Source: Eukaryota sp. TZLM1-RC
Lineage: Eukaryota > Protista > Metamonada: BaSk clade
Length of the DNA stretch: 64,000 nucleotides
NCBI GenBank assembly: GCA_040285825.1
Contig: JAUPSS010000001.1
Coordinates: forward strand, 2,542,001 to 2,606,000
Direction of reading: 5' to 3'
Part shown: positions 63,061 to 64,000 of the stretch, one piece after another
Position numbering within the stretch: position 1 is the first letter of the stretch
How the letters are laid out: the number at the start of each line of letters is the position of its first letter
Notes under the pieces: generated by a model
What the model was told of the DNA's origin: nothing
Databases searched by the model: none
What the model saw: only the letters and a program-made list of their open reading frames with translations
Position numbers and translations under genes: made by a program

Positions 63061-64000
63061 TAATTTATGTTTTAAATTCAGTAGCTTAAACATCAACATT
63101 CCAAAGCTAGATAAAATTAAAATTAAAATAAATAAAATTCAAACATCATAGACAATTTTCGAGTGGAGGCAATTTTTCAGTATTTTTTAGTTTTCGCATC
63201 AATAAATGAAGGAGACAAGAAAGAATGTTCTGCAACTGTATAAAGGCTAAAAAAGCACAAGTTTCGCAAAAACTGTTAATTTTTTTATTTTTCCAACCCT
63301 AAAATTTGTCATAAACTATCCATTTCTTTGTAGTACAATATTTCAAAAACTTGTTGCTTGGACGATTCACTTTATTTAAGTGTTTAAATCAAGAGGAGAT
63401 TGATTGACTTGAGTAACAGATCAAATATCAAACTTGTAGATGCTCAAAGTACTGTAACTATTGGCTTTATGGACTGGGATGTAAAAACTAATCGGTACCA
63501 CATATAGGGCTGACAAGTCTTCTCAGAATAGTTGGTATCAAAATCTACTTGGTAGACCGAGTTGTCTGTAAGAGTTGTGTTACATATTAAAAGAAGATCA
63601 AGGATCAATACCAAATGGGATGTAAAGGAAAATGAGCCCAACATATACAAAAGGTTCAAACGAAAACGAAAAGGACTCGAAAATGTTTTACAGCTACAAG
63701 AAAGCAGAAATAAGATGATGGTGTTCAACTTTTGAAAACAAAATTTCACGAAATTCATGTAAGGAAATAATGATATATCAAATGGTGCCTTGTACATCCT
63801 GGATTAACATATTCATGACAATCCCTTTTTTCTGGAAAATGCACGCCAATATTAACAAAGATTTAAGTGTGTGGGAAAGAAGGTCGATGATGGACGGTTA
63901 TAATTTATTAGCACAAATAGAAACTTTTAGACAGTAGATTCTTTAAAACATTCTTCGTCTTTCTGATCCCCCTCATGTCGCCTAAACCACAAGAAATAAA

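Overview
AT-rich, gene-dense, intron-poor eukaryotic (protist-like) DNA in the standard genetic code. The organism cannot be assigned from sequence alone. Host genes: RNA polymerase III subunit RPC2, SBDS, HAP2/GCS1 gamete fusogen, a HERC/HECT E3 ligase, RBM42-like, MON2-like, Notchless/Rsa4, a bacterial-type NADH:flavin oxidoreductase, a NYN-domain and an MJ1316-domain gene, and several hypothetical proteins. The three introns I could infer are only 29-35 nt. Intergenic space is filled with mobile DNA. There are about ten 5'-truncated CRE-like (restriction-like endonuclease, RLE) non-LTR retrotransposon pieces. One complete Ty3/Gypsy element (136-bp LTRs, 4-bp TSD, extra upstream ORF) is nested in one of them. 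There are also five Fanzor (eukaryotic TnpB/Cas12-like) copies from three distinct families. The highlight is a nearly intact ~650-aa Fanzor1-type gene (22679-24633) followed immediately by a ~210-nt highly structured RNA (flush helices, G-U pairs, two GNRA tetraloops, candidate pseudoknot), a candidate omegaRNA. A second Fanzor family keeps a different conserved structured 3' RNA in two divergent copies.
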